Assembly: GCA_043819555.1 (NCBI GenBank)
Contig: JBDREQ010000028.1
Coordinates: 1 to 20,551, forward strand
Origin: Candidatus Zixiibacteriota bacterium
Lineage (GTDB): Bacteria; Zixibacteria; MSB-5A5; GN15; JAAZOE01
Direction of reading: 5' to 3'
DNA length: 20,551 nt
Shown here: piece by piece, positions 7,199 to 16,721 of the stretch
How the letters are laid out: each line of letters opens with the position of its first letter
How positions within the stretch are numbered: the first letter of the stretch is position 1
Notes under the pieces: model-generated
Databases searched by the model: none
What the model saw: only the letters and a program-made list of their open reading frames with translations
What the model was told of the DNA's origin: nothing
Made by a program: the position numbers and the translations under genes

Positions 7199-8628
7199 AT
7201 TCGATTCATTTCGGTCTTATCCTATATTTATTGTTCCTGGTTTTCATCGCATTTTACTCATTCCGCTTTACAAAAACCATGGGCGATTTTCTATTGGCGG
7301 GCAGAAAACTTGGCGTCTGGGTAGTTACTTTTTCCGAACGCGCTTCCGGTGAATCAGCCTGGCTTCTACTCGGGCTTCCCGGCGTTCTTTTTGCCGCCGG
7401 TTTTGTAAATTTGTGGGTTGCTGTTGGTTGTACATCGGGGATTTTGTTTTCGTGGATGTTTATCGCTCGCAAATTGCGAATTGAAACCGGAAAATACGAC
7501 GCCCTAACGCTTCCCGATTATCTTGAAAAAAGATTCGATGATAACACTCACAGCCTGCGGATTTTTGCCAGCATTGTTATAACATTCTTTTTCACTTTTT
7601 ATGTTTGTGCCCAACTGATGGCGGCCGGGAAATTATTTTCCCTTTTTCTTCCGATTAATGAACTAACAGCGATGTTCATTGGCGGCGGAATAATCGTCTT
7701 CTATACTCTCATGGGAGGTTTTCTGGCGGTAGCCTGGACCGATTTTGTGCAGGCGATCCTAATGATTTCGACGCTAGTGATACTCCCCATTGTTGCAGTA
7801 ATGGAATTGGGGGGATGGAATTCAGCGATCGAACAAATCGCCATCGCCAGTCCAAATCATCTGAATGTTCTTGGCGGGCAGACAGGAATCATCGCCGTTT
7901 TATCGTTAATATCGGGATTGGCCTGGGGATTGGGCTATATGGGTCAGCCGCATTTGCTGACGCGCTATATGGCTATCCAAAATACGAATGACCTGCGCAA
8001 GGGAACCGTTATCGCGATCAGCTGGGCGGTTATCGCCTTCTGGGGAGCAATGTTTATCGGTCTGTTCGGGCTTGTTCTTCTGGCCAATAACCCGGAAGCC
8101 GCCGCGGATCAGGAAAAAGTCATGCCGCTATTGGCGATACAGCTTCTGCCCGGATGGCTGGCCGGAATACTTTTGGCCGGAGCCTTGGCGGCGATGATGT
8201 CCACCGCTGATAGTCAGCTTTTGGTAACGACTTCGGCTCTATCCGAAGATATCTATCATCAACTGATGAATAAAAAAGCGACCGATAAATCACTGGTAAG
8301 AATGTCCCGCGTTATTACTCTCAGCGTCGGCGCGGTGGCTTTTATTATCGCGCTGATATCTGAAGATTTGGTATTCAAAATGGTTGGCTTTGCCTGGTCG
8401 GGCCTGGGCGCTTCGTTTGGTCCGGTATTGCTTCTGACGTTATGGTGGAAAAAGATCACCCGCGAGGGAGCTATGGCGGGAATGTTATGTGGGACTATCG
8501 TGACAATTATCTGGAGATTGACTCCGGCGTTAAAAGCGACTCTGTTTGAAATCGTTCCGGCCTTTGTCATTGCCCTATTGGCTTGCTATTTCGTAAGTTT
8601 GGCAACGTGGAAGAAGGCAATCGCTTAA
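7195..8628 (+). CDS. putP: Sodium/proline symporter (SSS family)
   Basis: DFLLAGRKLG, SERASGESAWLLLGLPG, YTLMGGFLAVAWTDFVQ, GLGYMGQPHLLTRYMA, AAMMSTADSQLLV, FAWSGLGASFGP. Confidence 0.9.
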   Translation: MNSIHFGLILYLLFLVFIAFYSFRFTKTMGDFLLAGRKLGVWVVTFSERASGESAWLLLGLPGVLFAAGFVNLWVAVGCTSGILFSWMFIARKLRIETGKYDALTLPDYLEKRFDDNTHSLRIFASIVITFFFTFYVCAQLMAAGKLFSLFLPINELTAMFIGGGIIVFYTLMGGFLAVAWTDFVQAILMISTLVILPIVAVMELGGWNSAIEQIAIASPNHLNVLGGQTGIIAVLSLISGLAWGLGYMGQPHLLTRYMAIQNTNDLRKGTVIAISWAVIAFWGAMFIGLFGLVLLANNPEAAADQEKVMPLLAIQLLPGWLAGILLAGALAAMMSTADSQLLVTTSALSEDIYHQLMNKKATDKSLVRMSRVITLSVGAVAFIIALISEDLVFKMVGFAWSGLGASFGPVLLLTLWWKKITREGAMAGMLCGTIVTIIWRLTPALKATLFEIVPAFVIALLACYFVSLATWKKAIA

Positions 8629-8651
8629 AAACAAATGGGAAAATATATCAT

Positions 8652-11600
8652 ATGAGGGGATGGCGAAAAAAATCACTCTATTTTAAATCACGTCTTGACC
8701 TGCAATATCTATTTCTAACGGCAATTGTAGTTCGCCTTATCTATTTGGCGTTGATGTTGGGGCAGGTGGAGTATCCTCATTTATTGGAAATCGCACCAGA
8801 TACTGTAAGATATGTTAATATTGCCGAAGGGATCCTTGGTATTAATACTCCCGATGAAGATGCAGTATTAATATTCGGACCGGGTTATGGGTTTTTTCTA
8901 TCACTTGTGTTTTTCCTTTTTGGCAAAGGTGCCTTGGCGGTACTTCTCATTCAGATCATTCTGAGCAGCCTGAGTTGTCTTTTGATTTATAAGCTCGGCA
9001 AAGAGTTAACGGATTCCAAGGCGGTCGGGTTAATCGCCGGGTACTTGCTGGCCTTATCATTCACTTCAATATCACTGGCAAATATAATTCTGTCGGATAC
9101 ACTTTTCTTTTTCCTGTTTTTATTGGGGAATCTGTTATTTATAACCGGTTTGAAGCAAAATAGCTTCCGGCACTTTATATATTCAGGTGTCATTATCGGA
9201 TTATCGGTTTATATCAGGTCAATCGGTCAAATGTGGCCGTTGGCGATGCTGCTTTTGATTTTAATTTACCCTGTTAAAAATAAGTCTTTATCGTGGTGGA
9301 AGAGCCGTTTTGTTAGATTAAAAAGAGCCTGGGTGGCGCCGGTTATAGCGCTTTTATTAGTTTCAATCTGGATCGGTCGGAATTATGCAAAGCATGATTA
9401 TTCCATTATGGCTATGGCCGGTCCTCATGGAATTAGTAAAGTCACTTCTTTGGCGGAATCTCGAATCGAAAAAAAAAGTAAATCGGACATAGTAACAGGT
9501 TGGGTTGAGCAATATAAAAACAAACGCAGCATTGACAGCCTGACCTATATCGACTATGCAAGAATGTACAATGATAGAGCTTATTCATCACTTTTAAACA
9601 ATCCTGGCCCTATGATTATTGCGTATAAAGATATGCTTTGGGATAATATCATAGCGGCAAATGAATTATACCGATCACAGCTTCCTCAAATGAAGGATAA
9701 AATTCTTAGTCGTATGGAGCAGTACCGGGAGGAACGTATTCCACAAATTTGCTTTTGGTTGGGAATTGCGGGTCTGGCAGGATTATTTGCCTGCAAAAAG
9801 TATACGGCCGGTATTTATTTGACCATAATTCACCTATACTTTATATGCATGTGCGGTTTTGCACAATGGCAGGGTTCGCGAGTGTATTTCCCAAATCAGA
9901 TCGCCTGGACAATACTTGTTTCATCTCTCATTGTTCTCACAGGACCTCTATCAAAAAAGCTAGGAGAACTGATAATTAAATTTCAATCACTAGTAGAAAA
10001 AAAAAGAAAAAAACAATCGAATGCAATTAATAAATCTGTGCTATCTGTCTTAATCACTATTCCATGTCTGATCTTTATCGGTCATGCGCTGTTATATGGA
10101 AATTATATTATTGATGATGCAGGTATTTCATATACTTATGCCAAAAACTGGGCAGATGGTTATGGTCTTGTACATAATATAGGTGGGGAAAAGGTCGAAG
10201 GGTACTCAAACCCTCTATGGGTATTTTTATTGGGTACTTTAATCAAGTTTGGTATGTTTCATCCAATTATAGTCCCAAAAATAATTTCCATTGTTTTTGT
10301 GATTTTGATGTTCACAGTGATTTTCAGTATGTTTATCAAATTTACTATGCATCTTATTCGGATGCCAATATGTTTCATTGTCTCTCTGCTTGTTGCATCC
10401 AACGTTTCCTTGACAATCTGGGCAGTTGCCGGATTGGAAAATGCATTATTTGGCTTTTTAATTATTTATGGCATATATCGGCTATGGTTAGAAATTGGTT
10501 GCGAAAAAAAATATATCTTCTCGGGTTTAGTATTATTTCTTGTTTGCCTAACCAGACCCGATGGAGTAGTATATTTGGGGGCATCGTATTTTATTGCAAT
10601 GTTCTGGATTAAAAATAGACGACAGCTTAGAATTTTCATTGTGAATCTATTTTTGTTTTTTGCGCCATTTGGACTCTATCATCTCTGGCATTATTTATAT
10701 TTTTCTGAATGGCTGCCAAATACATATTTCGCGAAGGTTCGAGATGTTCCATTGCTTTATAAATTGACCGAATTTAATCATGGCGGGTGGGCTTATATTC
10801 GAAATTGTTTTTCCTCCTATGGATTGTATATTCTCATACCTTTTTCGATAGCATCACTATGGAGTCGTAAGAAATTGCTGCCGGCAATGCTAATTGCTAT
10901 CCTTGTATTTTCTTTGTTATTGCCAATCATATCTTGGGGTGACTGGATGATGCAGTTTCGCATTTTGCATCCTACAATCATAATTATTTTTATCTTAAGT
11001 GGTTTGGGATTTATTACTTTTATAGATATTTTCAATAAACGACATAAAATTATTGGGTTTTTGGGTTTAATTATTCTGTTACTATTCGGCTTTTTAGTAT
11101 TCAAATCTGAACAACAATATAAACTTCAAAAATCCTATTTTACAGTACCATTTACAGCCATTCAGAATTCTATTCACGGCTTAAATCGTAATCTTGGTGA
11201 TTCATTGGGAATAGTACTCCCGTCTGTTTTGTGCGCCGATTTGGGAGCAACGAGTTATTATGGGGGATTGCGTATTTTTGACGTTGGACTCCTCGCTGAT
11301 TATCATTTGGCCAGATATCGGTTTAAGGATTATTACGCCGATTATGTTTTTGAAGAACAGCGTCCTGATTTCATCAGTTATCAGGGGGGAGCGGTTGCCC
11401 AATTTACACGGATGCGTGATTATTCTAAGTTTAAGGATATGTATATTGCGTATGAGGAGCGCCATCTTGATGAAAATTATTTCGGCAAGAATGTCTTCGA
11501 TGGACAATATGTGAGAAGAGATATTATAACGCGGGACAAAATTCCGTTTTTCGCTAAGCAAATCTTGAAGAATGAAACTTCACTAATCGCATATTACTCT

Positions 11601-12980
11601 CCCGATTATATCTCCCCCAATACAAAAAGAATTCCTATAATTCTATTCTGGGATGGATTTAGAAAAGACCTGAATACTGATAAATTTAATATATCATTGA
11701 TCGATTCTAACGATAAAGTCATTTTTGATTCGACGTATTCGGTTGGCTATTTATGGTATCCACCTGAAAAATGGGGTAACGATAAATTAATTGGTCAAAA
11801 CGTCTTTGTTCCATTTCATGCATCAGATAATGATTCATTATATCTTTCAATTTATTTGGGAGGTATTAGAATTGTTTCCAATAAATTGATTACTCCAAAC
11901 AAAATAAGTGAAGAAGATCAATTGTTTATCGCCGTAAAAGCTATGAATAATTTGGCTGTTATTAATCAGGGTATAATGGATTATGCTTCATTAATGCATC
12001 AAATTGATCCAGACTTCTGGAAGGACCTGAAAGGTCAATCCAAAATTGATGATTTGGTTAAAACATTCCTGAAGAATAGAAGCGGAAACTCAATTTCGGC
12101 AAATCATGATTCTTTATGGACATTAGTGAAGACAATTCGACAAATTTCACCTGAAAATAATTCAATCAATGAGGTGGGCGAAAGACTTCATGATTTTTAC
12201 TTTAATGAAGCCAAGGTAATGATTAATACCGGATGGCAATCTCATAGAAAAGCATTTGAATACTTATTGCGTGCCGTTGAATCATTTCCATCCGATCCCC
12301 GGGCCAGGAAAAATCTGGAACAGATGCGGCCATGGGTGGAATATATAGAGTTCCATAACAGGTCTTTAAAGCAGTATGATGATGGTTTACCATTGACCAA
12401 GGCGCTTGAAATTTATCGTCATTTTTATCAGGGATCCCCAATAAAGTTTAGGCCATTTGACTCATTTTTTAAGAAGAATTTAATGCCACGCTACGAAATT
12501 GGAGATGTTATAGATTCTCTAAATATTTATGATAGGGTGACTCTGATGCAATTGGGCTTGATTAGGATTGGACAAGATGAGTTAATTAAGCTCGGAGAAT
12601 CGCAAACCTTTGGGAATAAGAAACTTGAAATATTGGACAGCCGGTTGGTACCAATTGATTCCGGAAAATATTTATTTGAGGCTGTGTTTATTCCGCATAA
12701 TATTGCCGATAGACCCTATGTTTTGAGCCTCAATACATCAGGGGAAACTATAGATGATATCCCTGAGGTATTTAGACATAGAGGAACATTTCCTTATTCA
12801 TTCAGTCCATTACCTCCGATACAAACTTTGAAAGAACATATCCCCAATTATGTGTGGCGTATTTTGGAAATTCCATTTGAACCGAATAAATATGAAATAA
12901 CCGTATTTGTCAGCGGCGGACCACCATGGTATCCGCTTTTTAATGATAATAAAGGGGATAATTTTGTTTCAGTGAATTAA
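8652..12980 (+). CDS. 1442-aa membrane protein with two tandem GT-C glycosyltransferase modules (ArnT/PMT-like, then AftB-like) and a large extracytoplasmic C-terminal region
   Basis: Module 1: APDTVRY, GPGYGFFL, LLIQIILS, ILSDTLF, YIRSIG, WIGRNY. Module 2: IIDDAGISYTYAKNWADGYGLVHNIGGEKVEGYSNPLW, AGLENALF, LTRPDG, WLPNTYFAK, GDWMMQFR, FDVGLLAD. The start is uncertain; first ATG is at 8652. Confidence 0.8.
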   Translation: MRGWRKKSLYFKSRLDLQYLFLTAIVVRLIYLALMLGQVEYPHLLEIAPDTVRYVNIAEGILGINTPDEDAVLIFGPGYGFFLSLVFFLFGKGALAVLLIQIILSSLSCLLIYKLGKELTDSKAVGLIAGYLLALSFTSISLANIILSDTLFFFLFLLGNLLFITGLKQNSFRHFIYSGVIIGLSVYIRSIGQMWPLAMLLLILIYPVKNKSLSWWKSRFVRLKRAWVAPVIALLLVSIWIGRNYAKHDYSIMAMAGPHGISKVTSLAESRIEKKSKSDIVTGWVEQYKNKRSIDSLTYIDYARMYNDRAYSSLLNNPGPMIIAYKDMLWDNIIAANELYRSQLPQMKDKILSRMEQYREERIPQICFWLGIAGLAGLFACKKYTAGIYLTIIHLYFICMCGFAQWQGSRVYFPNQIAWTILVSSLIVLTGPLSKKLGELIIKFQSLVEKKRKKQSNAINKSVLSVLITIPCLIFIGHALLYGNYIIDDAGISYTYAKNWADGYGLVHNIGGEKVEGYSNPLWVFLLGTLIKFGMFHPIIVPKIISIVFVILMFTVIFSMFIKFTMHLIRMPICFIVSLLVASNVSLTIWAVAGLENALFGFLIIYGIYRLWLEIGCEKKYIFSGLVLFLVCLTRPDGVVYLGASYFIAMFWIKNRRQLRIFIVNLFLFFAPFGLYHLWHYLYFSEWLPNTYFAKVRDVPLLYKLTEFNHGGWAYIRNCFSSYGLYILIPFSIASLWSRKKLLPAMLIAILVFSLLLPIISWGDWMMQFRILHPTIIIIFILSGLGFITFIDIFNKRHKIIGFLGLIILLLFGFLVFKSEQQYKLQKSYFTVPFTAIQNSIHGLNRNLGDSLGIVLPSVLCADLGATSYYGGLRIFDVGLLADYHLARYRFKDYYADYVFEEQRPDFISYQGGAVAQFTRMRDYSKFKDMYIAYEERHLDENYFGKNVFDGQYVRRDIITRDKIPFFAKQILKNETSLIAYYSPDYISPNTKRIPIILFWDGFRKDLNTDKFNISLIDSNDKVIFDSTYSVGYLWYPPEKWGNDKLIGQNVFVPFHASDNDSLYLSIYLGGIRIVSNKLITPNKISEEDQLFIAVKAMNNLAVINQGIMDYASLMHQIDPDFWKDLKGQSKIDDLVKTFLKNRSGNSISANHDSLWTLVKTIRQISPENNSINEVGERLHDFYFNEAKVMINTGWQSHRKAFEYLLRAVESFPSDPRARKNLEQMRPWVEYIEFHNRSLKQYDDGLPLTKALEIYRHFYQGSPIKFRPFDSFFKKNLMPRYEIGDVIDSLNIYDRVTLMQLGLIRIGQDELIKLGESQTFGNKKLEILDSRLVPIDSGKYLFEAVFIPHNIADRPYVLSLNTSGETIDDIPEVFRHRGTFPYSFSPLPPIQTLKEHIPNYVWRILEIPFEPNKYEITVFVSGGPPWYPLFNDNKGDNFVSVN

Positions 12981-12985
12981 AATAT

Positions 12986-13008
12986 ATCCCAATATGAAAT
13001 ATTGGGAT
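12986..13008. terminator. Perfect hairpin between the convergent GT gene and valS; probable bidirectional terminator
   Basis: ATCCCAATAT-GAA-ATATTGGGAT; AT-rich stem without a strong U tract. Confidence 0.55.
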
Positions 13009-13031
13009 GTGCTTTGAATATAACAGGTTCC

Positions 13032-15689
13032 CTACCAACTCAATAGCTGTTCGAGATTTTCGTTTAGTTTTTCGACGCGGGCTTCGTAGTCGGATTTTTT
13101 GTTTTTATCCTTTTCGACAACATCCCCAGGAGCGTTGGCTAAAAAATCAGGATTGGCCAATTTGCGGGAAAGTTTTTCCAATTGATTTTGCAGGGCGCCC
13201 AGCTCTTTCTGCAAGCGATTTCTTTCAAAATCGATATCGATCAAACCTTCAAGTGGAATAAAAATCTCCGCTCCCGGCAATACCGCCGAAGCTGACAAGG
13301 GCGGTTTTTTTATATTGTTTCCGATAGAAACTTTTTCGATTTTGGCCAGACCTTTGTAATAATCAAAATACTCGGTCAGGATTTTGCCCAGTGATTCATC
13401 TTCGATGCGGATATGAACTTCAGCCTTTTTGCCAGGAGGGACGTTCATCTCGCTGCGAATATTTCTAATGGCGTTAACAACCTGCTGAATTCGACTGAGG
13501 CGGGATTCCAGGTCTTCGTCATCAAATAGGCCATCCTGTTTCGGCCAGGGACCAAAAAGAATTGTGCCATTATCGTTATTATTAAGACGAGAATAGATTT
13601 CTTCAGTCATAAACGGAATGAAGGGATGCATCAAGAGCAATATTCTCTTGAGAACATATCCGGCGACCGTTCGCGCGGTGCGTTTTTCCTCATCCATTCC
13701 GTCATAAAGCCGCGGTTTAATCAATTCGATATACCAGTCACAAAAATCTTTCCAGACGAAATCATACAATATTTTGGCGGCATTATTGAGCCTGAATTCG
13801 CTGAATTGCAGGTCAACGCCTTTGATTGTTTTATCCAGCCGGGAAAGAATCCATTTATCGATTAAAATTAAATTATCGTCCGGAAGCGAATCAAGATCGA
13901 GCTTTTCATCGCCCAGATTCATCGTGACAAAGCGGGAGGCATTCCAGAGTTTATTGTTAAAATTTCGCCCCAATTCAAAACTGTTTTGACCAATCCATGG
14001 ATCCTGGCCGTCAGGCGTTGCCAGTATTAAAGAAATTCGCAAAGCGTCAGCGCCATGCTGATTGACGATGGATACGGGATCGATGCCGTTACCCAGCGAC
14101 TTGGACATTTTCACGCCTTCGGAATCCCGAACAAATCCATGAATATAAACATCGCTAAAGGGCAGCTCACCCATGAATTCATAGCCCGCCATAACCATGC
14201 GAGCCACCCAGAGAAAGATGATATCCGAAGCGGTCACGAGAACATCGGTCGGATAAAAAGTTTTCAACATATCGGTTTGGTTGGGCCAGCCGAAAACCGA
14301 AAAAGGCCACAACCATGAGGAAAACCAGGTATCGAGAACATCTTCATCCTGATTTATGATTTCAGAGGAACATTTGGGGCATTTTTCCGGATGCGCCCGG
14401 GCAGCAATAGTCTCTCCGCATTCCTGACAATAATAAATCGGGATCCGATGTCCCCACCATAATTGGCGAGAAATACACCAGTCGCGGATATTCTCCATCC
14501 AGTACAGATAAGTTTTGGTCCAGTGCTCGGGATGAAAACGAAGTTTGCGCGATTTGACCGCCTCAATTCCGGGTTTGGCCAGTTGATCCATTTTGACAAA
14601 CCACTGCTCCGACAGCATCGGTTCGATAATCGTATTGCAGCGGTCATGGGTCCCGACTGAAAGTTTATATTTTTCTGTTTTTACAAGATATCCTTTAGAT
14701 TCGAGGTCTTTCAGTAATTGCCGACGCCCTTCAAATCTATCGAGTCCTTTATATTTACCGGCGTATTCGTTGAGCGTTCCGTCGAGGTTCATGATATTGA
14801 TTTGCTCAAGATCATGCCGGCGGCCGATCTCGAAATCATTGGGATCATGGGCGGGAGTGACTTTGACTACTCCGGTTCCAAATTCGATATCGACATAATT
14901 ATCCGCGACGATTGGAATTTCACGTTCCAGAATCGGCAGAATAATGGTTTTACCGACCAGCTTTTTATATCGAGCATCTTTGGGATTTACAGCCAGGGCG
15001 GTATCACCCAGCATTGTCTCGGGCCGAGTCGTGGCGACCGTTAGATAATCATCGCCGCCCTTAAGCTTATATCTGATATGCCACAGGTGACTATCGACTT
15101 CCATATGTTCGACTTCATCATCAGAAATTGATGTTTGATCTTTGGGGCACCAGTTGACAATTCTGTTTCCCTTATAAATTAGTCCTTTTTCATAAAGTCG
15201 AATAAAGACTTCTTTAACCGCGTTGGAAAGGTTGTCATCGTATGTAAACCGCGTTCTCTTCCAGTCACAGGAGCTCCCAATTCTTCTTAATTGCTCAAGT
15301 ATAGTGTCTTTATTCTGGTTGGCCCATTTCCAAACTCGTTCGATAAATTTATCCCGGCCCATTTCACGTCGAGTGGTTCCTTCTTTAATAAGCTGTTTTT
15401 CAACGATCACCTGGGTTGCGATGCCGGCATGGTCTGAACCCGGAAGCCATTCAACTTCATAGTCTTGCATTCTTTTCTGGCGAATTAGGATATCCTGTAT
15501 TGTGTTATTGAGAGCATGGCCCAGATGGAGAACATCGGTTACATTCGGAGGAGGAATAACGATGGTAAATGGTTTTTTATCGGAGTTCGGATTTCCATGA
15601 AATGCATCCGATTCTATCCATTTTTTGGACCATTTTTCCTCGGTTTCTGCAGGATTGTATGGTTTGCCCTTTTTATTTTCTTCAGCCAT
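13032..15689 (-). CDS. valS: Valine--tRNA ligase (885 aa)
   Basis: PPPNVTDVLHLGHAL (HIGH), DHAGIATQ, ATTRPETMLGD, DWCISRQLWWGHRIP, KMSKS and a C-terminal coiled coil. Start taken at MAEENKK (15689). Confidence 0.97.
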   Translation of the reverse strand: MAEENKKGKPYNPAETEEKWSKKWIESDAFHGNPNSDKKPFTIVIPPPNVTDVLHLGHALNNTIQDILIRQKRMQDYEVEWLPGSDHAGIATQVIVEKQLIKEGTTRREMGRDKFIERVWKWANQNKDTILEQLRRIGSSCDWKRTRFTYDDNLSNAVKEVFIRLYEKGLIYKGNRIVNWCPKDQTSISDDEVEHMEVDSHLWHIRYKLKGGDDYLTVATTRPETMLGDTALAVNPKDARYKKLVGKTIILPILEREIPIVADNYVDIEFGTGVVKVTPAHDPNDFEIGRRHDLEQINIMNLDGTLNEYAGKYKGLDRFEGRRQLLKDLESKGYLVKTEKYKLSVGTHDRCNTIIEPMLSEQWFVKMDQLAKPGIEAVKSRKLRFHPEHWTKTYLYWMENIRDWCISRQLWWGHRIPIYYCQECGETIAARAHPEKCPKCSSEIINQDEDVLDTWFSSWLWPFSVFGWPNQTDMLKTFYPTDVLVTASDIIFLWVARMVMAGYEFMGELPFSDVYIHGFVRDSEGVKMSKSLGNGIDPVSIVNQHGADALRISLILATPDGQDPWIGQNSFELGRNFNNKLWNASRFVTMNLGDEKLDLDSLPDDNLILIDKWILSRLDKTIKGVDLQFSEFRLNNAAKILYDFVWKDFCDWYIELIKPRLYDGMDEEKRTARTVAGYVLKRILLLMHPFIPFMTEEIYSRLNNNDNGTILFGPWPKQDGLFDDEDLESRLSRIQQVVNAIRNIRSEMNVPPGKKAEVHIRIEDESLGKILTEYFDYYKGLAKIEKVSIGNNIKKPPLSASAVLPGAEIFIPLEGLIDIDFERNRLQKELGALQNQLEKLSRKLANPDFLANAPGDVVEKDKNKKSDYEARVEKLNENLEQLLSW

Positions 15690-15726
15690 GCCTAAGTAAA
15701 TCTCATGAATTCTTTCAAAAACATAA

Positions 15727-15755
15727 AAGATATTCCGCGTTAATATAAAAGTCAA
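15727..15755 (-). promoter_or_regulatory. Candidate valS promoter
   Basis: Minus strand TTGACT (15755-15750), 17 nt, TATCTT (15732-15727). Confidence 0.5.
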
Positions 15756-15776
15756 GCCGGCAAATAAAAATTCGAT

Positions 15777-15805
15777 TTGGCTTTTTGTCCGATTATATGT
15801 ATTGT
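15777..15805 (+). promoter_or_regulatory. Candidate mazG promoter
   Basis: TTGGCT (15777-15782), 17 nt, TATTGT (15800-15805); AAGGAG RBS just upstream of 15837. Confidence 0.4.
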
Positions 15806-15836
15806 ATAGACTTATCGGCATTAAAAGGAGCGAACT

Positions 15837-16619
15837 TTGGTGCATAACGATTTTGATAATTTGCCGCCTCTGGAGCGGTTACGGAAGATAATGTCAAGCC
15901 TTCGATCTGCAGATGGCTGTAATTGGGACAAAGCTCAGACTCATAAAAGCCTGTTGCCCTATTTGATCGAGGAGACTTACGAAGTCGTCGAGGCTATTGA
16001 AAGCGAATCGTCGAAAAGGCTTCGCGAAGAACTGGGAGATTTATTAATTCAGATATTTTTTCACTCACAAATCGCGGATGAGGAAAAGCGGTTTAATATT
16101 GATGATGTCGCATCTGATATTTGCGTGAAATTACTCCGCCGGCATCCCCATGTATTTGGTGAAAAACGCGATCTTAATCCCGAACAGGTTCGTGATCAAT
16201 GGGAAAAGATCAAAGTTGACAGTAACGAAAAAGAATCGGTTCTCTCCGGAATTCCCCGCTCAATGCCGGGGCTTTTGCTGGCTTACCGGGTCGGAGAAAA
16301 GGCGGCCGGGGTCGGCTTTGATTGGGAAGATGCCAAAGATATCTTCGATAAGTTAAAAGAGGAATCCGCCGAATTTGAAAAAGAATTTAATGAAAACAAT
16401 AAAGAACGCATGGCCGATGAGCTGGGTGATTTAATATTTGCTCTGGTAAATCTGGCCCGCAAATTGAAAATTGATCCCGAATCCGCATTGAGGCGCACGG
16501 TCGATAGATTTATCATTAGGTTTGGGTATATTGAGAAAACACTAAAATCTCATGGCAGAAAATTCTCTGATACAAATCTCGAAGAAATGGAAAAACTTTG
16601 GAATCAGGCCAAAAGTTAA
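15837..16619 (+). CDS. mazG: Nucleoside triphosphate pyrophosphohydrolase MazG (two-domain)
   Basis: GCNWDKAQTHKSL, IEETYEVVEAI, EELGDLL, KLLRRHPHVFG, GFDW, DELGDLIFALVNLAR. Confidence 0.95.
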   Translation: MVHNDFDNLPPLERLRKIMSSLRSADGCNWDKAQTHKSLLPYLIEETYEVVEAIESESSKRLREELGDLLIQIFFHSQIADEEKRFNIDDVASDICVKLLRRHPHVFGEKRDLNPEQVRDQWEKIKVDSNEKESVLSGIPRSMPGLLLAYRVGEKAAGVGFDWEDAKDIFDKLKEESAEFEKEFNENNKERMADELGDLIFALVNLARKLKIDPESALRRTVDRFIIRFGYIEKTLKSHGRKFSDTNLEEMEKLWNQAKS

Positions 16620-16675
16620 GCTCCTTTTTTCGCAATTAGGAGGAACAGAACTACGCCAAAACTTGCCAAATCGGT

Positions 16676-16704
16676 TTGACTTTATAATTGACTCGTATTA
16701 TTAT
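16676..16704 (+). promoter_or_regulatory. Candidate promoter for the polyprenyl synthase
   Basis: TTGACT (16676-16681), 17 nt, TATTAT (16699-16704). Confidence 0.5.
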
Positions 16705-16721
16705 GTTCGACTGAGGATGAA

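Noticed and set aside
15785..15812. dif-like site (TTGTCCGATTA TATGTA TTGTATAGACT)
   Set aside because: The left arm matches poorly, and the sequence is better explained as the mazG promoter.
15690..15836. T-box leader for valS, and the ORF-track N-terminal extension to 15845
   Set aside because: No T-box consensus is visible, the predicted leader is only about 30 nt, and the extension would overlap the divergent promoters and the mazG start.
15837..16619. MazG as part of a toxin-antitoxin or anti-phage system
   Set aside because: It is a canonical two-domain housekeeping MazG with no mazEF or defence genes nearby.
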